Assembly: GCA_022703375.1 (NCBI GenBank)
Contig: JAKLDS010000003.1
Coordinates: 7,171-71,170 of the forward strand
Direction of reading: 5' to 3'
Origin: Deltaproteobacteria bacterium
GTDB taxonomy: Bacteria > Desulfobacterota > Syntrophia > Syntrophales > Smithellaceae
Length of the DNA: 64,000 bases
Part shown: positions 1-11,003 of the stretch, piece after piece
Numbering within the stretch: position 1 is the stretch's first letter
How the letters are laid out: each line of letters opens with the position of its first letter
Made by a program: the position numbers and the translations under genes
The notes under the pieces: model-generated
The model's input: the letters and a program-made list of their open reading frames with translations, nothing else
Database searches by the model: none
What the model was told of the DNA's origin: nothing

Positions 1-2113
1 TGCCGGCTTGGGTAAAAAAGATTATCTCCGGATTACCCCCCTCTCAATGAACAATTCTGCCGTCGTCAATCCGGCGGCAAAAAAGCTGCTGGCTGTTATC
101 GAACAGCATCCGCAGGGTATTAATCTGACAAGCTTAAAAAAAATATGCGGCAGCAGAAGCATTGCTAAATTGTTGTCTGACTTGTCCAAAGCCGGTTTAA
201 TCTCGCTGGAAGAAAAGGAAAAGAATCAACTGGGTGTGCGGCGGGAGAAAACAATTTGTCTGGCGGAACCTGAGGTAAAAGATGTCAGGTTGACAGCCAG
301 GCAGGAAAATATTGTGGAGATTTTAAGAAAAACGGGGCTGATAACGATAAATGAGTTACGCAAATTTACCGACTTCTCCGATTCTGTTTTAAAGAGGCTG
401 GAGGAAAAACGGATTATTGTCATATCCCGGCAGGAGAAAATCCGCAGGATAAATCCCGCCGAACCGCTGGGCGATAATCCAAAGGGCATAATTTTAAATG
501 ACGGACAGGAAAACGCCCTTAATAATATTTTAGCATGCCTCGCTGACCGCCGCTTCGCGCCGGTTCTGTTGCACGGCGTAACGGGCAGCGGCAAAACGGA
601 AGTGTATTTAAAGGCAATAGCCGAGGCCATCAGGAATGGCGGCCAGGCGCTTTATCTTGTTCCGGAAATTGCTCTGACGCCGCAGCTGATTTCCCGCGTT
701 CAGGGGCGTTTTGCCGCCGGGCAGATTGCCGTCCTCCACAGCGGCATTGCTGAAGCCGTCCGGTATGATCAGTGGCGGCAAATCAAACGCGGTCTGATTA
801 AAGTGGTTATCGGCGCGAGATCCGCTCTTTTTGCGTCCTTGCCTGATTTGCGGTTGATTATTGTGGATGAAGAACATGATTCTTCTTACAAGCAGGATGA
901 ACGTTTATGTTACAATGCCCGCGATCTTGCGGTATTGCGGGCAAAACAGACAGGTGCCACGGTGATTTTAGGTTCGGCTACTCCGGGAATCATCTCTTAT
1001 TTCAACGCGCAAAAGAAAAAATATCGTTACCTGCATTTGCCGCAGCGGGTCGGCGAAAAACCGTTGCCTGCCATTGAAATTGTGGATATGAAAACGTTGA
1101 AGGAAGAAAACGGCAAAGTGCCCCTGCTTTCCTGCTCTTTGCTTTCCGGTATCGGGACGGCTATTGCCCAAAAAGAACAGGTGCTGCTTTTTCTCAACAA
1201 ACGTGGTTTCGATACTTTTCTGGTATGCGGAAATTGCGGCTATCAATTTAAGTGCCCCAATTGCGATGTTTCTCTGAAACACCACGCGGCGACCGGCGTC
1301 ATTAAATGCCACTATTGCGACTATACGATTAAGGCACTGCCGCTGTGTCCCTCCTGCCGGAGTTCCCGCATCTTTAGCTACGGCGCCGGAACGCAGAAAC
1401 TGGAAGCGGAAATAAAGCGGTTATTTCCGGCAGCCCGGGTGCGCCGGATGGATTCGGATACTACGTCAGGCAAGGGTGCGCAGGAAAAAATATTGCGGGA
1501 ACTATGGCAGCGGGAAATTGATATTCTTGTGGGCACGCAGATGATAACCAAGGGACACGATTTTCCCTTTATCACGCTCGTCGGAGTTGTGGCTGCGGAT
1601 ACGGTTTTAAATATGCCTGATTTCCGCGCTGCGGAACGGGCTTTTCAACAGTTGACACAGGTTGCCGGTCGCGGCGGCCGTGGTGATTCTCCGGGCAGAG
1701 TCATTATCCAGACCTTCAATCCGCAGCATTATGCCCTGAAGCATGTGCAAAAAAATGATTATCAGTCTTTTTACGAAGAGGAAATTTCTTACCGGAAAGA
1801 ACTTAAATATCCGCCGTCTGGCCGGATTATTAATCTGCGTTTATCTGCAACGAATAAGGATAAGCTGCTGGCGCAATCGGAAAAGCTGGGCAAAACGGCG
1901 AGAAAACTGGCCGCGCGACAGGGCAATGTTGTTGAAATAATCGGCCCCGCGCAGGCGCCCCTTGCCAAAATCAAAGGACGCTGGCGTCGGCAGATGCTGC
2001 TCAAAAGCGAAAGCATCAATGCTTTGCATCAATTGGCGCGGGAGCTGATTGCCTCAATGGAAAAGGGACCAGTGAAACTTACCGTTGATGTTGATGCGGA
2101 AAATTTCATGTAG
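1..2113 (+). CDS. priA: Primosomal protein N' / replication-restart helicase PriA. The 5' end is cut by the window edge.
   Basis: ORF 8..2113 stays open in frame to the window edge. Walker A GVTGSGKTEVY, DEEHD box, CxxC zinc-finger pairs (CGNCG..CPNCD, CHYCD..CPSC). The N-terminal 3'-DNA-binding domain is missing, consistent with truncation. Confidence 0.9.
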   Translation, partial: AGLGKKDYLRITPLSMNNSAVVNPAAKKLLAVIEQHPQGINLTSLKKICGSRSIAKLLSDLSKAGLISLEEKEKNQLGVRREKTICLAEPEVKDVRLTARQENIVEILRKTGLITINELRKFTDFSDSVLKRLEEKRIIVISRQEKIRRINPAEPLGDNPKGIILNDGQENALNNILACLADRRFAPVLLHGVTGSGKTEVYLKAIAEAIRNGGQALYLVPEIALTPQLISRVQGRFAAGQIAVLHSGIAEAVRYDQWRQIKRGLIKVVIGARSALFASLPDLRLIIVDEEHDSSYKQDERLCYNARDLAVLRAKQTGATVILGSATPGIISYFNAQKKKYRYLHLPQRVGEKPLPAIEIVDMKTLKEENGKVPLLSCSLLSGIGTAIAQKEQVLLFLNKRGFDTFLVCGNCGYQFKCPNCDVSLKHHAATGVIKCHYCDYTIKALPLCPSCRSSRIFSYGAGTQKLEAEIKRLFPAARVRRMDSDTTSGKGAQEKILRELWQREIDILVGTQMITKGHDFPFITLVGVVAADTVLNMPDFRAAERAFQQLTQVAGRGGRGDSPGRVIIQTFNPQHYALKHVQKNDYQSFYEEEISYRKELKYPPSGRIINLRLSATNKDKLLAQSEKLGKTARKLAARQGNVVEIIGPAQAPLAKIKGRWRRQMLLKSESINALHQLARELIASMEKGPVKLTVDVDAENFM

Positions 2114-2152
2114 ATCAGGATGATGGTAAATACCACCAGCTGTTCCCTCACC

Positions 2153-4117
2153 TTATTTTTTCGCCGGCTGATGTGTAATGGCGGCTCGCGGTTTCCGGGC
2201 CGGTCCGGCGGCAGCCTTCTCCTGATAAAAACTCCCCGGCTCTGTTTCCCGGCGTGTACTGACAGCATGTGCATTTATGCCGCCTATTTGCTCCACCAGT
2301 TCGGCAACCACTCTCTTCATTTTATCCGCTTGTATTTTTAATGATTCGGTGGCGGAGGCTGATTGCTGTGCCGTGGCCGCATTCTGCTGAGTGACTCTGT
2401 CAATCTGGGCGACAGCCAGAGTCACTTGTCCTATTCCCTGGGCCTGTTCGTTGGAGGCCGCGGCAATTTCGTCAACTATCGTCGTGACTTTCGATGCTAT
2501 CTGAGCATTTTTTGCAAAAGCTTCCTGGGTATTTTTGGTAAATTCATCGCTGTTTTTCACTGATTCAATTGTGCTTTCGATAAGTGTACTGGTTTCGCGG
2601 GCCGCTTCGGCCGCACGAATGGCCAGATTACGAACTTCATCAGCCACCACAGCAAAGCCGGCACCGGCTTCACCGGCCCGCGCCGCCTCGACGGCGGCAT
2701 TCAAGGCCAGCAGATTGGTTTGAAAAGCAATCTCGTCTATTGTCCTGATAATCTTGCCGGTTTTTTCACTGGAAGCGGCCATTTCATTGATGGCTGTTAC
2801 CATGGCGTCCATTTGTTCCTTCACATCAACAACTATTTTGCCGAAATTGGCCATCATATCTTTCGCTTCATTGGCGCGGTTGGCATTCTGTTTGGTCATG
2901 GCGGACATGCTTTCCAGAGAGGAAGAAGTCTCCTCAATAGAGGCGGCCTGTTCCAATGATCCTTCCGCCAGCGATTGTCCCGAAGAGGACAGCTCGGCCG
3001 AAGCATGGGCAACCTGCTGGGCGCTGTCATCCAGACCGGCCGCAAAATTGCCGATGGAATTAGCTATTGTTTTGCTCATAAAAGCAGCAATAACCCAGGC
3101 GATGACAAGGCTGCCGATTAAAACAAAGAGTAAGAGAATAATCATTTGCATGGTATTGGCGTTGGCGATTGCTTTGGAATGAAGAGCGACAATGGCCCCG
3201 GCCAGTTTGCCCTTATGAAAAATCGGTAAAACTCCCTGAAAGAATCCTTCCCCATAGCTGGTTTCAGTTAAATAAACGTGCTGCTTGGCGAGATTCCACT
3301 CTCCTGTCGGAGGTTTGATTTTTTTCGTATCCAGTTTTTTGTAGTCTTTAAGTTCTCCCACGCTGAAACGCCCGTCATCAACAAAGACATTGATGGCCAC
3401 GCCGGTCAGCCTTACCATGTCGCTGACAAATAAGCTGTCCAGACGATAAATGGCTCTGACAAAGCCATACTGTTTTTCCTCGAATTTGCCCTCGATATTC
3501 TGCTGTTTATTGATAATGGGAATATTGGCAACCACGCATAAAAATCCGTCCAGGACTTGAAATTCATAATCGGATTTACCGGGAATGGCCCCCGCTTTTA
3601 AAGGCATCTTTACATCACCGGGAAGTTTATCCGTTTTTATCCAGGACTGCCAGAGATCGGCTTTCTGATTCTCCTGTTCGGCGATTATCTGATAAGCGGC
3701 ATCCGGAAACCCGAAACAATATCCCAGATGAGTCGTTTTGCCGCGGGAAATAAAGGAAAGCAAATCTCCCTGCATGTCATAGATGCTTCCCCTCCACAGC
3801 ATTTTATTATTGTATAATTTAGTGGCGATTGCTCTGTAAGAGTCACGCGCAACGGTATCGTCTTTATCTTTTTTATAGTCTTTAATAAAATCAATGTGCG
3901 AATACATGCCGACATTCATTTCATTAACCGACGCCAGCAGCCTCTGCTGACGGTTTTCCAGTTCTCCCCGCAGAATATTAATTGTTTTCTCTATTACTTT
4001 ATTGGAAGCATCGCGATTTTGTTTATTAATTAAAAAAGACACTACTAATGTGGACACCAGCATAACAACAACGACGACGGCCATGGTCATAACAATGATT
4101 TTATTCTTCAGATTCAT
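2153..4117 (-). CDS. Methyl-accepting chemotaxis protein (TM, periplasmic sensor, TM, signalling domain)
   Basis: N-terminal TM helix, a sensor region of about 300 aa and a second TM helix. Canonical MCP tip [37 protein letters not shown]. Confidence 0.9.
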   Translation of the reverse strand: MNLKNKIIVMTMAVVVVVMLVSTLVVSFLINKQNRDASNKVIEKTINILRGELENRQQRLLASVNEMNVGMYSHIDFIKDYKKDKDDTVARDSYRAIATKLYNNKMLWRGSIYDMQGDLLSFISRGKTTHLGYCFGFPDAAYQIIAEQENQKADLWQSWIKTDKLPGDVKMPLKAGAIPGKSDYEFQVLDGFLCVVANIPIINKQQNIEGKFEEKQYGFVRAIYRLDSLFVSDMVRLTGVAINVFVDDGRFSVGELKDYKKLDTKKIKPPTGEWNLAKQHVYLTETSYGEGFFQGVLPIFHKGKLAGAIVALHSKAIANANTMQMIILLLFVLIGSLVIAWVIAAFMSKTIANSIGNFAAGLDDSAQQVAHASAELSSSGQSLAEGSLEQAASIEETSSSLESMSAMTKQNANRANEAKDMMANFGKIVVDVKEQMDAMVTAINEMAASSEKTGKIIRTIDEIAFQTNLLALNAAVEAARAGEAGAGFAVVADEVRNLAIRAAEAARETSTLIESTIESVKNSDEFTKNTQEAFAKNAQIASKVTTIVDEIAAASNEQAQGIGQVTLAVAQIDRVTQQNAATAQQSASATESLKIQADKMKRVVAELVEQIGGINAHAVSTRRETEPGSFYQEKAAAGPARKPRAAITHQPAKK

Positions 4118-4311
4118 TTCTTATACTCACCTCATCATGATTTATTTTGTTCTGAGACTTCAAAAAAATCACAAAGCATTCTTCATGCTCTATTATCAAC
4201 ATTTCAGATAAAAAAACAAATTAATTATACTAATTATAAATATTATGCGGGGCAGTAATAATCCGTCGTTAGTAAATAATTATAATTACATTAATTTTAT
4301 TTCCGGAGAAA

Positions 4312-4959
4312 TTATTTTATTTTGCTGATATCGGCTTCTTTGCCGATGACGACCAGGACTTCTCCGTCTTTGACAATAAAGTCCGCCGGCGGCACCATAT
4401 GGACGTTATCGGAAAGAACATCCCGCACGGCAATGACCTCGATATGATACCTGGCGCGCATCCCGATATCGCGGATTGTCTTGCCCAGAAAGCTCGTCGG
4501 CGGCGCAATTTCCGAGATGATGTAATTTTCGGAAAGCGGAATATAATCCATGACATTTGGTGAAATCAGGCTTTTGGCGACTTTTCTGGCGACATCCATT
4601 TCCGGAATGATGACATCTGTTGCCCCGACTTTCTCCAGAATCAGCTTATGTTCTTCATTCGGCGCCTTGACAATAATATTTTTTATTTTCATCTGTTTTA
4701 AATGCAGCGTAATTAGCGTGCTCGCAGCCAGATCTTCGCCGAAGGAGATAATACAAATATCATCCTGCTGAATACCGATTTCCTCCATAACATCCTTATC
4801 CGTGCCGTCGGCCAGAATTGCTTTTGAGGAGTAGTCTTTTATCCGCTGGATGGCGTCTTTATTCTTATCAATCGCAATAATCTCAAAGCCGTTTTCAAAC
4901 AGCGTCCGGGCGATATGATGGCCGAAAATTCCCAATCCGATGACAACAGCCCTTTTCAT
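4312..4959 (-). CDS. trkA: Potassium uptake protein TrkA/KtrA (RCK NAD-binding subunit)
   Basis: Rossmann motif VIGLGIFGHHIA, TrkA-N plus TrkA-C layout, AGGAGG RBS, sits next to trkH. Confidence 0.85.
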   Translation of the reverse strand: MKRAVVIGLGIFGHHIARTLFENGFEIIAIDKNKDAIQRIKDYSSKAILADGTDKDVMEEIGIQQDDICIISFGEDLAASTLITLHLKQMKIKNIIVKAPNEEHKLILEKVGATDVIIPEMDVARKVAKSLISPNVMDYIPLSENYIISEIAPPTSFLGKTIRDIGMRARYHIEVIAVRDVLSDNVHMVPPADFIVKDGEVLVVIGKEADISKIK

Positions 4960-4995
4960 AATTTCCTCCTGATGTTTTTAAAACCAAATTATAGA

Positions 4996-5118
4996 CAACC
5001 TTGCAAAATGCTCCAGAGACAAGGCGCGCAAAGCCCGAGAAGTGAGGCGTACTTTTGGCGTACGCCGCAACGAATAGGGGTGAAGCGCAACGCAGTATCT
5101 GGGCTTTTTCCAAGGTTG
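4996..5118. other. Nested-stem structured element filling the trkH-trkA spacer
   Basis: Outer 8-bp inverted repeat CAACCTTG (4996..5003) / CAAGGTTG (5111..5118). Inner pairs GCCCGAGA/TCTGGGC and GGCGTAC/GTACGCC. Starts directly after the trkH stop codon. Confidence 0.5.
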
Positions 5119-6492
5119 CTAACCGACCATGATTGTTTCCTCAGCATACGTCAACCCCTTCTTCCTTGATGAGTACCAGGCAAATGCCAGGGTCAGCGGC
5201 CCGACGCGGCCGGCAAACATCATAAATATAATTGCATATTTCTGAACATCACTGAGGCTTGATGTAACCCCCATGGAAAGTCCCACTGTGCCGAAAGCGG
5301 AAACTGTCTCAAATAAATACTGAACAAAATTTTGCCGGCTGGCCATTGACGAAGGATCTCTGCCGCCAAAAAGCAGGAGGATGGAAGTTACAAGACAAAT
5401 AAAAAAGGCGGCGGTAAAAATGATATAAATAGTCTTTTCCGTTGTTTCCGCGGGAATAGTGCGATTTGCTATATTGACGTTTTCGTTGCCCCTGATGCGA
5501 TTGTAAATGATAAGTAAGAGCAGAGCGAAGCTTGTTGTTTTGATGCCGCCGCCGGTGGAGCCCGGTGATGCTCCGATAAACATCAGCATCATGATAACCA
5601 GAATGGTGGAGTTAGTCAAAGCACCGATATCAACAGTGTTGAATCCCGTGGTGCGTGCCGTGACGGATTGAAAAAACGACGACAGAAGGGATGTCTTAAA
5701 GTCAGCACCCTTCAGAACATTATTTATTTCCGTAAAATAAAACGAAGCAGCGCCGGTCAGTATCAGGAAAATTGTTGTAAACAAAACAATTCGCGTATGA
5801 ATGGATAGTTTTTTTTGCCGGCCGCGCCATCTGTCCAGCACTTCATGGATTACAATGAAACCGATGCCGCCCAGAACAATCAGCCCGATGACTATAATAT
5901 TGACGGCGATATCGCTCTGGTAAGAGGCCAGACTGGTGGAGAAAAGAGAGAAGCCGGCATTGTTAAAAGCTGAAATGGCATGGAATAAGGCATTATAAAA
6001 AGCCCGACCCGCCGGGAAATCAATAATAAACCGGCAAAACAGCAATAGCGTCCCGACGGCTTCAATGATCAGGGAATAACGGACGACCCTCAGAAGAATT
6101 GAATAAAAATCGCGCCGGGGCGTGTGCAGAAAAGTAGACTGGGCGAGTTCACGGCCTTTGAAGGAAACTCCTCTACCCATTAAAGCAAACAGGATAATGG
6201 AAAAGGTAATGATTCCCAGGCCACCGGCCTGAAAAAGTCCCATGATGATAAGTTGTCCGGCCAGCGTCAGTTCCGTTCCGATATCAACAGGACTCAGTCC
6301 GGTTATACAGACCGACGAAGTCGCAAGAAAAAGCGCGTCAACAAAGTGTAAATCAAATTTATCCGAGGAAAACGGCATCCATAAAAGCAGCGTACCCACG
6401 GCAATAAAGACGGCAAAACTCAGCACAAATATTCTTGCCGGCGTCAGGTGGCGGGAAAAAAAAGTTATTAAGATTAAATAAAGCTTCTTCAT
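5119..6492 (-). CDS. trkH: Potassium transporter TrkH/KtrB family membrane subunit
   Basis: Polytopic membrane protein of 457 aa with repeated pore-loop-like GLS/GFN/GGG segments typical of the TrkH/KtrB family. Adjacent to trkA. Confidence 0.85.
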   Translation of the reverse strand: MKKLYLILITFFSRHLTPARIFVLSFAVFIAVGTLLLWMPFSSDKFDLHFVDALFLATSSVCITGLSPVDIGTELTLAGQLIIMGLFQAGGLGIITFSIILFALMGRGVSFKGRELAQSTFLHTPRRDFYSILLRVVRYSLIIEAVGTLLLFCRFIIDFPAGRAFYNALFHAISAFNNAGFSLFSTSLASYQSDIAVNIIVIGLIVLGGIGFIVIHEVLDRWRGRQKKLSIHTRIVLFTTIFLILTGAASFYFTEINNVLKGADFKTSLLSSFFQSVTARTTGFNTVDIGALTNSTILVIMMLMFIGASPGSTGGGIKTTSFALLLLIIYNRIRGNENVNIANRTIPAETTEKTIYIIFTAAFFICLVTSILLLFGGRDPSSMASRQNFVQYLFETVSAFGTVGLSMGVTSSLSDVQKYAIIFMMFAGRVGPLTLAFAWYSSRKKGLTYAEETIMVG

Positions 6493-6524
6493 AAGAGGCT
6501 CCGTCCCGCAGCTTCAATTGAGCT

Positions 6525-7016
6525 TCAGGAAGGCTTTTCCTGCTTGCGGCTGATAATCATTTCCCAGATCATTAATGCCGCGCCGATGGAAATTGCTGAA
6601 TCCGCCACATTGAAAGCCGGCCAGTGCCAGGCGCCGGCATAAACATCCAGAAAATCAATAACGGAGCCGAAACGCAGCCGGTCAATGACATTGCCGACGG
6701 CGCCGGCGAAAATTAAAGACAGCGATGTCACAATCAGCAGGCTTTCCGGTTTGCTTTTGACCAGATAATAAATAATCAGGACTACAGCCAGCGCGGTGAC
6801 TGAGAAGAAGAAAACCGAGCGGAATGCCGCCGGGGCATCGGCCAGGAAACTGAAAGCCGCGCCGGGGTTCATGACATAAACAAGATTGAAAAAACCGTTA
6901 ATTACACTGCGTGATTCATGCAGGGTAAAATTTGCCATAATTGCCGCTTTGGTTATTTGATCAAGCGCGATAATTACCGCTGCGCCTGTCAGGAATACTA
7001 TGATATTTCGCTTCAC
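6525..7016 (-). CDS. lspA: Lipoprotein signal peptidase (signal peptidase II)
   Basis: 163-aa four-TM protein with the conserved motifs NPGAAFS, GNVIDR and FNVAD. Classical ileS-lspA arrangement. Confidence 0.9.
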   Translation of the reverse strand: MKRNIIVFLTGAAVIIALDQITKAAIMANFTLHESRSVINGFFNLVYVMNPGAAFSFLADAPAAFRSVFFFSVTALAVVLIIYYLVKSKPESLLIVTSLSLIFAGAVGNVIDRLRFGSVIDFLDVYAGAWHWPAFNVADSAISIGAALMIWEMIISRKQEKPS

Positions 7017-7037
7017 GTTAATCTCCGGAAAATAATT

Positions 7038-9827
7038 CTACAGGTTCGTCACACAACGGCCGCAAACAGTAGGATGAGCTTTATCGGTTCCCACCGATTC
7101 CGAATAAATCCAGCAGCGTTCGCATTTGACGCCTCTGGCTTTTTCCACGCCGACCGTCAGGCCCTTGATTTCCTCGCTGCGGTAGGGATTAACAATATCA
7201 AGCTCCGCAACCAGCTGCAATTGCGAAACAATCAACAGTGCCCGCAGATCTTCGCTGTGGTTTTGCAAAAATTCCCGCATTTTTTCCGGCGGCGCGAGCG
7301 AGACCCGGGCATCGAGCGAATGGCCGATGACCTTATCTTTTCTGGCCTGTTCAATCGCCTTGGCGATTTCCGCCTTGGCTTCCAGCATCGTCTTCCAGCG
7401 TTCTCCTAATTCCGCGTTAAAATATTGAGCATTTTCTTGCGGAAACTGCGCCATATGCACACTGGCCTCCTTATCCGCCCAGACCGGCAGGGCAGCCCAG
7501 ACTTCTTCAGAAGTGAAGCTCAGAATCGGCGCCAGCAGGCTTGTCATTGCTTTTAAAATTATGAACATGGCGCTCTGACCGGAGCGGCGCTCCCGGGAAT
7601 CAGCCTTGTTGGTATAAAGCCGGTCTTTTAAAATATCCAGATACTGCGCGCTTAAATCCACCGAGCAGTAAGTGTAAAGCGTATAGAAAACCACATGGAA
7701 CTGATGCTTCTCATAAGCTTCGGTGACGCGTCTGATTACTTCCTGCAGGCGGTGCAGCGCCCATTTGTCCATTTCTTCCATTTGCCCATAGGCGACCATC
7801 TGAGAGTTGATATCGAAATCGTAAAGATTGCCCAGGATGAAGCGGCTGGTATTACGAATCCGGCGGTAGGCTTCCACCAGACGTTTGAGAATCTCGTCGG
7901 AAATGCGGATGTCGTCGGTGTAATCTTCCGCCGCCACCCACAGGCGCAGAATTTCCGCGCCGTATTTGTCAATTACTTCCTGCGGTTCGATAGTGTTGCC
8001 GACGGACTTGGACATTTTCTTGCCGGCGCCATCCACGACAAACCCGTGCGTCAGCACGCTCAAATAAGGCGCGCGGTTTCTCGTGCCGACCGATTCCAAA
8101 AGCGAGGAATGGAACCAGCCGCGGTGCTGATCCGAACCTTCCAGATACATATCGGCAGGCGATTTCAGGTAAGGACGGTTTTCCAGCACTGCCGCGTGGC
8201 TCACTCCCGAATCAAACCACACATCCAGAATATTCACTTCTTTGGTGAATTCGGTATTTTTACAATGCGGACAGACCGTCCCTTGCGGCATTAAATCCTT
8301 AGCCTCTTTTTCAAACCAGATATCGGCGCCGCTTTGTTTCACCAGCCCCACCAGATAATCCAGGATTTCTTTGTTCAGAACTTCATTCTTGCACCTGGCG
8401 CAGTAAAATACGGTAATGGGAACACCCCACAGGCGCTGGCGCGAGATGCACCAGTCCGGGCGGTTTTCCACCATGCCATAGATGCGGTCATGTCCCCAGG
8501 AAGGAATCCACTGAACCTGATTGATGCAGGCGAGCGCCTTTTTGCGCAAATCATTTTTCTCCATGGAAATGAACCACTGTTCCGTCGAGCGGAAAATAAT
8601 CGGTTTCTTACAGCGCCAGCAATGCGGATACGAATGCTGCATCGGCACATGGCCCATCAGAGCGCCGACTTCCTCCAATTTTTTAATAACATTTTCATTG
8701 GCGTCGAAAACAAACTGTCCGGCAAAATGCTCGACATCTGCAGTGAACCGTCCGGCGTCATCAACCGGCGCGTAATTATCAAGGCCGTATTCGAGGCCGA
8801 TTTCATAGTCTTCCTGGCCGTGGCCGGGAGCGATATGCACTGCTCCGGTGCCGGCTTCCAGCGTGACAAAGGGCGCCAGAATCATGATGCTTTCGCGCTT
8901 AATCAGAGGATGAACGCATTTCTGCCCTTCCAGAACTTCTCCCTTGAATTCGGCGATAATTTCATATTTGTTATTGCGGAAACCGAAAGCATCCAGACAA
9001 TAATCAAGCATATCTTTGGCGAGAATCAAAACTTCGTCATCAATCCTGACGCCGACGTAAATAAAATCATTTTTATAAGCAATCGCCAGGTTGGCGGGAA
9101 TTGTCCAGGGCGTGGTAGTCCAGATGACGGCGCTGACTTTCTGTCCCTGAAACTGCGGCACTACCCTGGCGATATCGGAAATGACGGCGAATTTCACATA
9201 AATGGAAGGCGTATGATGGTCGGCATATTCGACTTCCGCTTCGGCCAACGCCGTCTTGCAGGTGGCGCACCAGTAAACGGGTTTCTTGCCCTTGTAAACG
9301 CTGCCGTTGAGATAGAGCTTCCCGAATTCGGCGACTGTCGCCGCCTCGTAAGGGTATGCCATCGTTAAATAAGGATTCCCCCACTCGCCGAAAACGCCTA
9401 ACCGTTTGAACTGGTTGCGCTGAATATCCACATGTCTTTCGGCGTAAACGCGGCAGGTGCGGCGCTTGTCGGCCTGCGACATGGTTTTTTTCCTGTCGCC
9501 CAGTTCTTTATCCACCTGATGTTCGATAGGCAGGCCGTGGCAATCCCAGCCGGGCACGTAAACCCCGTCAAAGCCGGTCATATTTTTAGCCTTAATCACC
9601 AGATCTTTGAGGATTTTATTGAGCGCCGTGCCTAAATGAATGCTGCCGTTGGCATAGGGGGGGCCGTCGTGCAGGATATAAGGCTTGCGGCCTTTGGAAT
9701 TTTTTCTGATTTTTTCATAAATATCCATTTCTTCCCACTTTTTGAGCATTTCCGGCTCGCGCTGCGCCAGATTGGCTTTCATCGGGAAATCGGTTTGGGG
9801 AAGATTCAAAGTGCTTTTGTAATCCAT
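7038..9827 (-). CDS. ileS: Isoleucine--tRNA ligase
   Basis: 929 aa. HIGH-type motif [16 protein letters not shown] motif, C-terminal zinc finger CERCW..CGRC. Confidence 0.95.
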   Translation of the reverse strand: MDYKSTLNLPQTDFPMKANLAQREPEMLKKWEEMDIYEKIRKNSKGRKPYILHDGPPYANGSIHLGTALNKILKDLVIKAKNMTGFDGVYVPGWDCHGLPIEHQVDKELGDRKKTMSQADKRRTCRVYAERHVDIQRNQFKRLGVFGEWGNPYLTMAYPYEAATVAEFGKLYLNGSVYKGKKPVYWCATCKTALAEAEVEYADHHTPSIYVKFAVISDIARVVPQFQGQKVSAVIWTTTPWTIPANLAIAYKNDFIYVGVRIDDEVLILAKDMLDYCLDAFGFRNNKYEIIAEFKGEVLEGQKCVHPLIKRESIMILAPFVTLEAGTGAVHIAPGHGQEDYEIGLEYGLDNYAPVDDAGRFTADVEHFAGQFVFDANENVIKKLEEVGALMGHVPMQHSYPHCWRCKKPIIFRSTEQWFISMEKNDLRKKALACINQVQWIPSWGHDRIYGMVENRPDWCISRQRLWGVPITVFYCARCKNEVLNKEILDYLVGLVKQSGADIWFEKEAKDLMPQGTVCPHCKNTEFTKEVNILDVWFDSGVSHAAVLENRPYLKSPADMYLEGSDQHRGWFHSSLLESVGTRNRAPYLSVLTHGFVVDGAGKKMSKSVGNTIEPQEVIDKYGAEILRLWVAAEDYTDDIRISDEILKRLVEAYRRIRNTSRFILGNLYDFDINSQMVAYGQMEEMDKWALHRLQEVIRRVTEAYEKHQFHVVFYTLYTYCSVDLSAQYLDILKDRLYTNKADSRERRSGQSAMFIILKAMTSLLAPILSFTSEEVWAALPVWADKEASVHMAQFPQENAQYFNAELGERWKTMLEAKAEIAKAIEQARKDKVIGHSLDARVSLAPPEKMREFLQNHSEDLRALLIVSQLQLVAELDIVNPYRSEEIKGLTVGVEKARGVKCERCWIYSESVGTDKAHPTVCGRCVTNL

Positions 9828-10015
9828 TTGCTGCTCCTAATATTTAAGTTAGCGAAATTCCGCATTTTTATTATGTGGCAGTGCACTATCACATAACCTC
9901 CTGTCTTTCAAGCATAACCGCAGCCGGAGAAAATCATTTTTTAGGGCATTGCCTTTTCGCAAAGCTTTGTTATATTAACGCATATTCGCAATAATAATTA
10001 AGGTTGGAGGTAAAA

Positions 10016-10906
10016 ATGAAGAGAGTATTGTTGTTTTTGGCGACTAATATTGCCGTTATCGTTGTTTTGAGTATCATTCTGAGCCTGTTGGGCGTGGATC
10101 GCATTCTGGACGAAAGCGGTACCGGCCTGAATATGTATAATCTGCTTATCTTCGCCTCCGTTTTCGGTTTCGGCGGCGCTTTTATTTCACTGGCGATGTC
10201 CAAATGGATGGCCAAAAGAATGACGGGTGCGGAAGTTATCGAAAATCCCCGCAGTGCCACGGAAATATGGCTGGTCGAAACAGTCCGCAAGCAGGCCAAG
10301 ATGGCCGGCATCGGCATGCCGGAAGTTGCCGTTTTCGATTCTCCCTCGCCCAATGCTTTTGCCACCGGCATGAGCCGAGATAAAGCCCTGGTCGCAGTAA
10401 GCACCGGCCTTTTGCAGAATATGGATAAAGGCGAAATAGAAGCCGTGCTCGGCCATGAAGTAAGCCATGTTGCCAACGGCGATATGATAACCCTGACCTT
10501 GATTCAGGGCGTTGTAAATACCTTCGTCATCGTCCTGTCGCGTGTTGTCGGCCATTTCGTTGACCGGGTCATCCTTAAAAATGAAAGAGGGCACGGCATT
10601 GGTTTTTTTCTGACGACAATCGTCGCGCAGATAGTCTTCGGTATTCTGGCGAGCATTATTGTTTTGTGGTTCAGCCGTCAAAGGGAATACCGCGCCGATG
10701 CCGGCGGCGCTAAACTGGCGGGAAGAGAAAATATGATTGAAGCGCTGGAACAACTGAAAAAAGGCGTTACAGTGCCCCTGCCGGAGCAAATGTCCGCTTT
10801 CGGCATCAGCGGCAAAACTTCCACAAACGGCTTGAAGATTTTATTCATGAGCCATCCGCCGCTGGAAGACCGCATTGCCGCGCTGCGGAATATGACAACA
10901 GTCTGA
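10016..10906 (+). CDS. htpX: Zinc metalloprotease HtpX (M48 family)
   Basis: HEVSH zinc motif and TM helices. ATG at 10016 lies 5 nt after GGAGG. The TTG at 10004 in the ORF track overlaps that RBS. Confidence 0.9.
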   Translation: MKRVLLFLATNIAVIVVLSIILSLLGVDRILDESGTGLNMYNLLIFASVFGFGGAFISLAMSKWMAKRMTGAEVIENPRSATEIWLVETVRKQAKMAGIGMPEVAVFDSPSPNAFATGMSRDKALVAVSTGLLQNMDKGEIEAVLGHEVSHVANGDMITLTLIQGVVNTFVIVLSRVVGHFVDRVILKNERGHGIGFFLTTIVAQIVFGILASIIVLWFSRQREYRADAGGAKLAGRENMIEALEQLKKGVTVPLPEQMSAFGISGKTSTNGLKILFMSHPPLEDRIAALRNMTTV

Positions 10907-10960
10907 TTCTGCCGCGAATAGAGAAATTATAAAAACCGGCGCCGCTTCTTTAACTAACAC

Positions 10961-10995
10961 CCCCTTCAGCAAGTAATTGTTGAAGGGGTTTTTTT
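10961..10995 (+). terminator. Rho-independent terminator after htpX, possibly bidirectional with the convergent MFS gene
   Basis: Stem CCCCTTCA / TGAAGGGG with a 12-nt loop, followed by a run of 7 T. Confidence 0.75.
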
Positions 10996-11003
10996 GAGGA
11001 AAG

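Noticed and set aside
4996-5118. c-di-AMP (ydaO-type) riboswitch controlling the trk genes
   Set aside because: A GGGGTGAAG-like motif is present only on the plus strand, while the trk operon is transcribed from the minus strand. The other conserved ydaO blocks (ACGGGGA, CCCGAATCC) are not evident. The element lies between the two genes rather than in a 5' leader. An Infernal scan is needed to be certain.
8334-9368. Long antisense ORFs opposite well-supported genes. Examples: 8334..9368 (+) in ileS, 23842..25029 (+) in the ABC permease, 30933..32078 (+) in the Ser/Thr kinase, 33128..34090 (+) in the NtrC/HK region, 13521..14429 (-) in the repeat protein, 41477..42448 (-) in the FGGY kinase, and 26451..27215 (-) opposite the alpha/beta hydrolase.
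   Set aside because: Each lies entirely inside a gene on the other strand that has clear family motifs. Their translations are low-complexity, rich in Arg, Gly and Phe, and have no recognisable domains or RBS. They are shadow ORFs.
9828-10003. T-box or attenuator leader upstream of ileS, and a sigma-32 promoter for htpX (CTTGAAA seen at about 9907..9913)
   Set aside because: No specifier-loop or T-box consensus is visible. The CTTGAAA is on the minus strand, pointing away from htpX, and it lacks a CCCCAT -10 partner.
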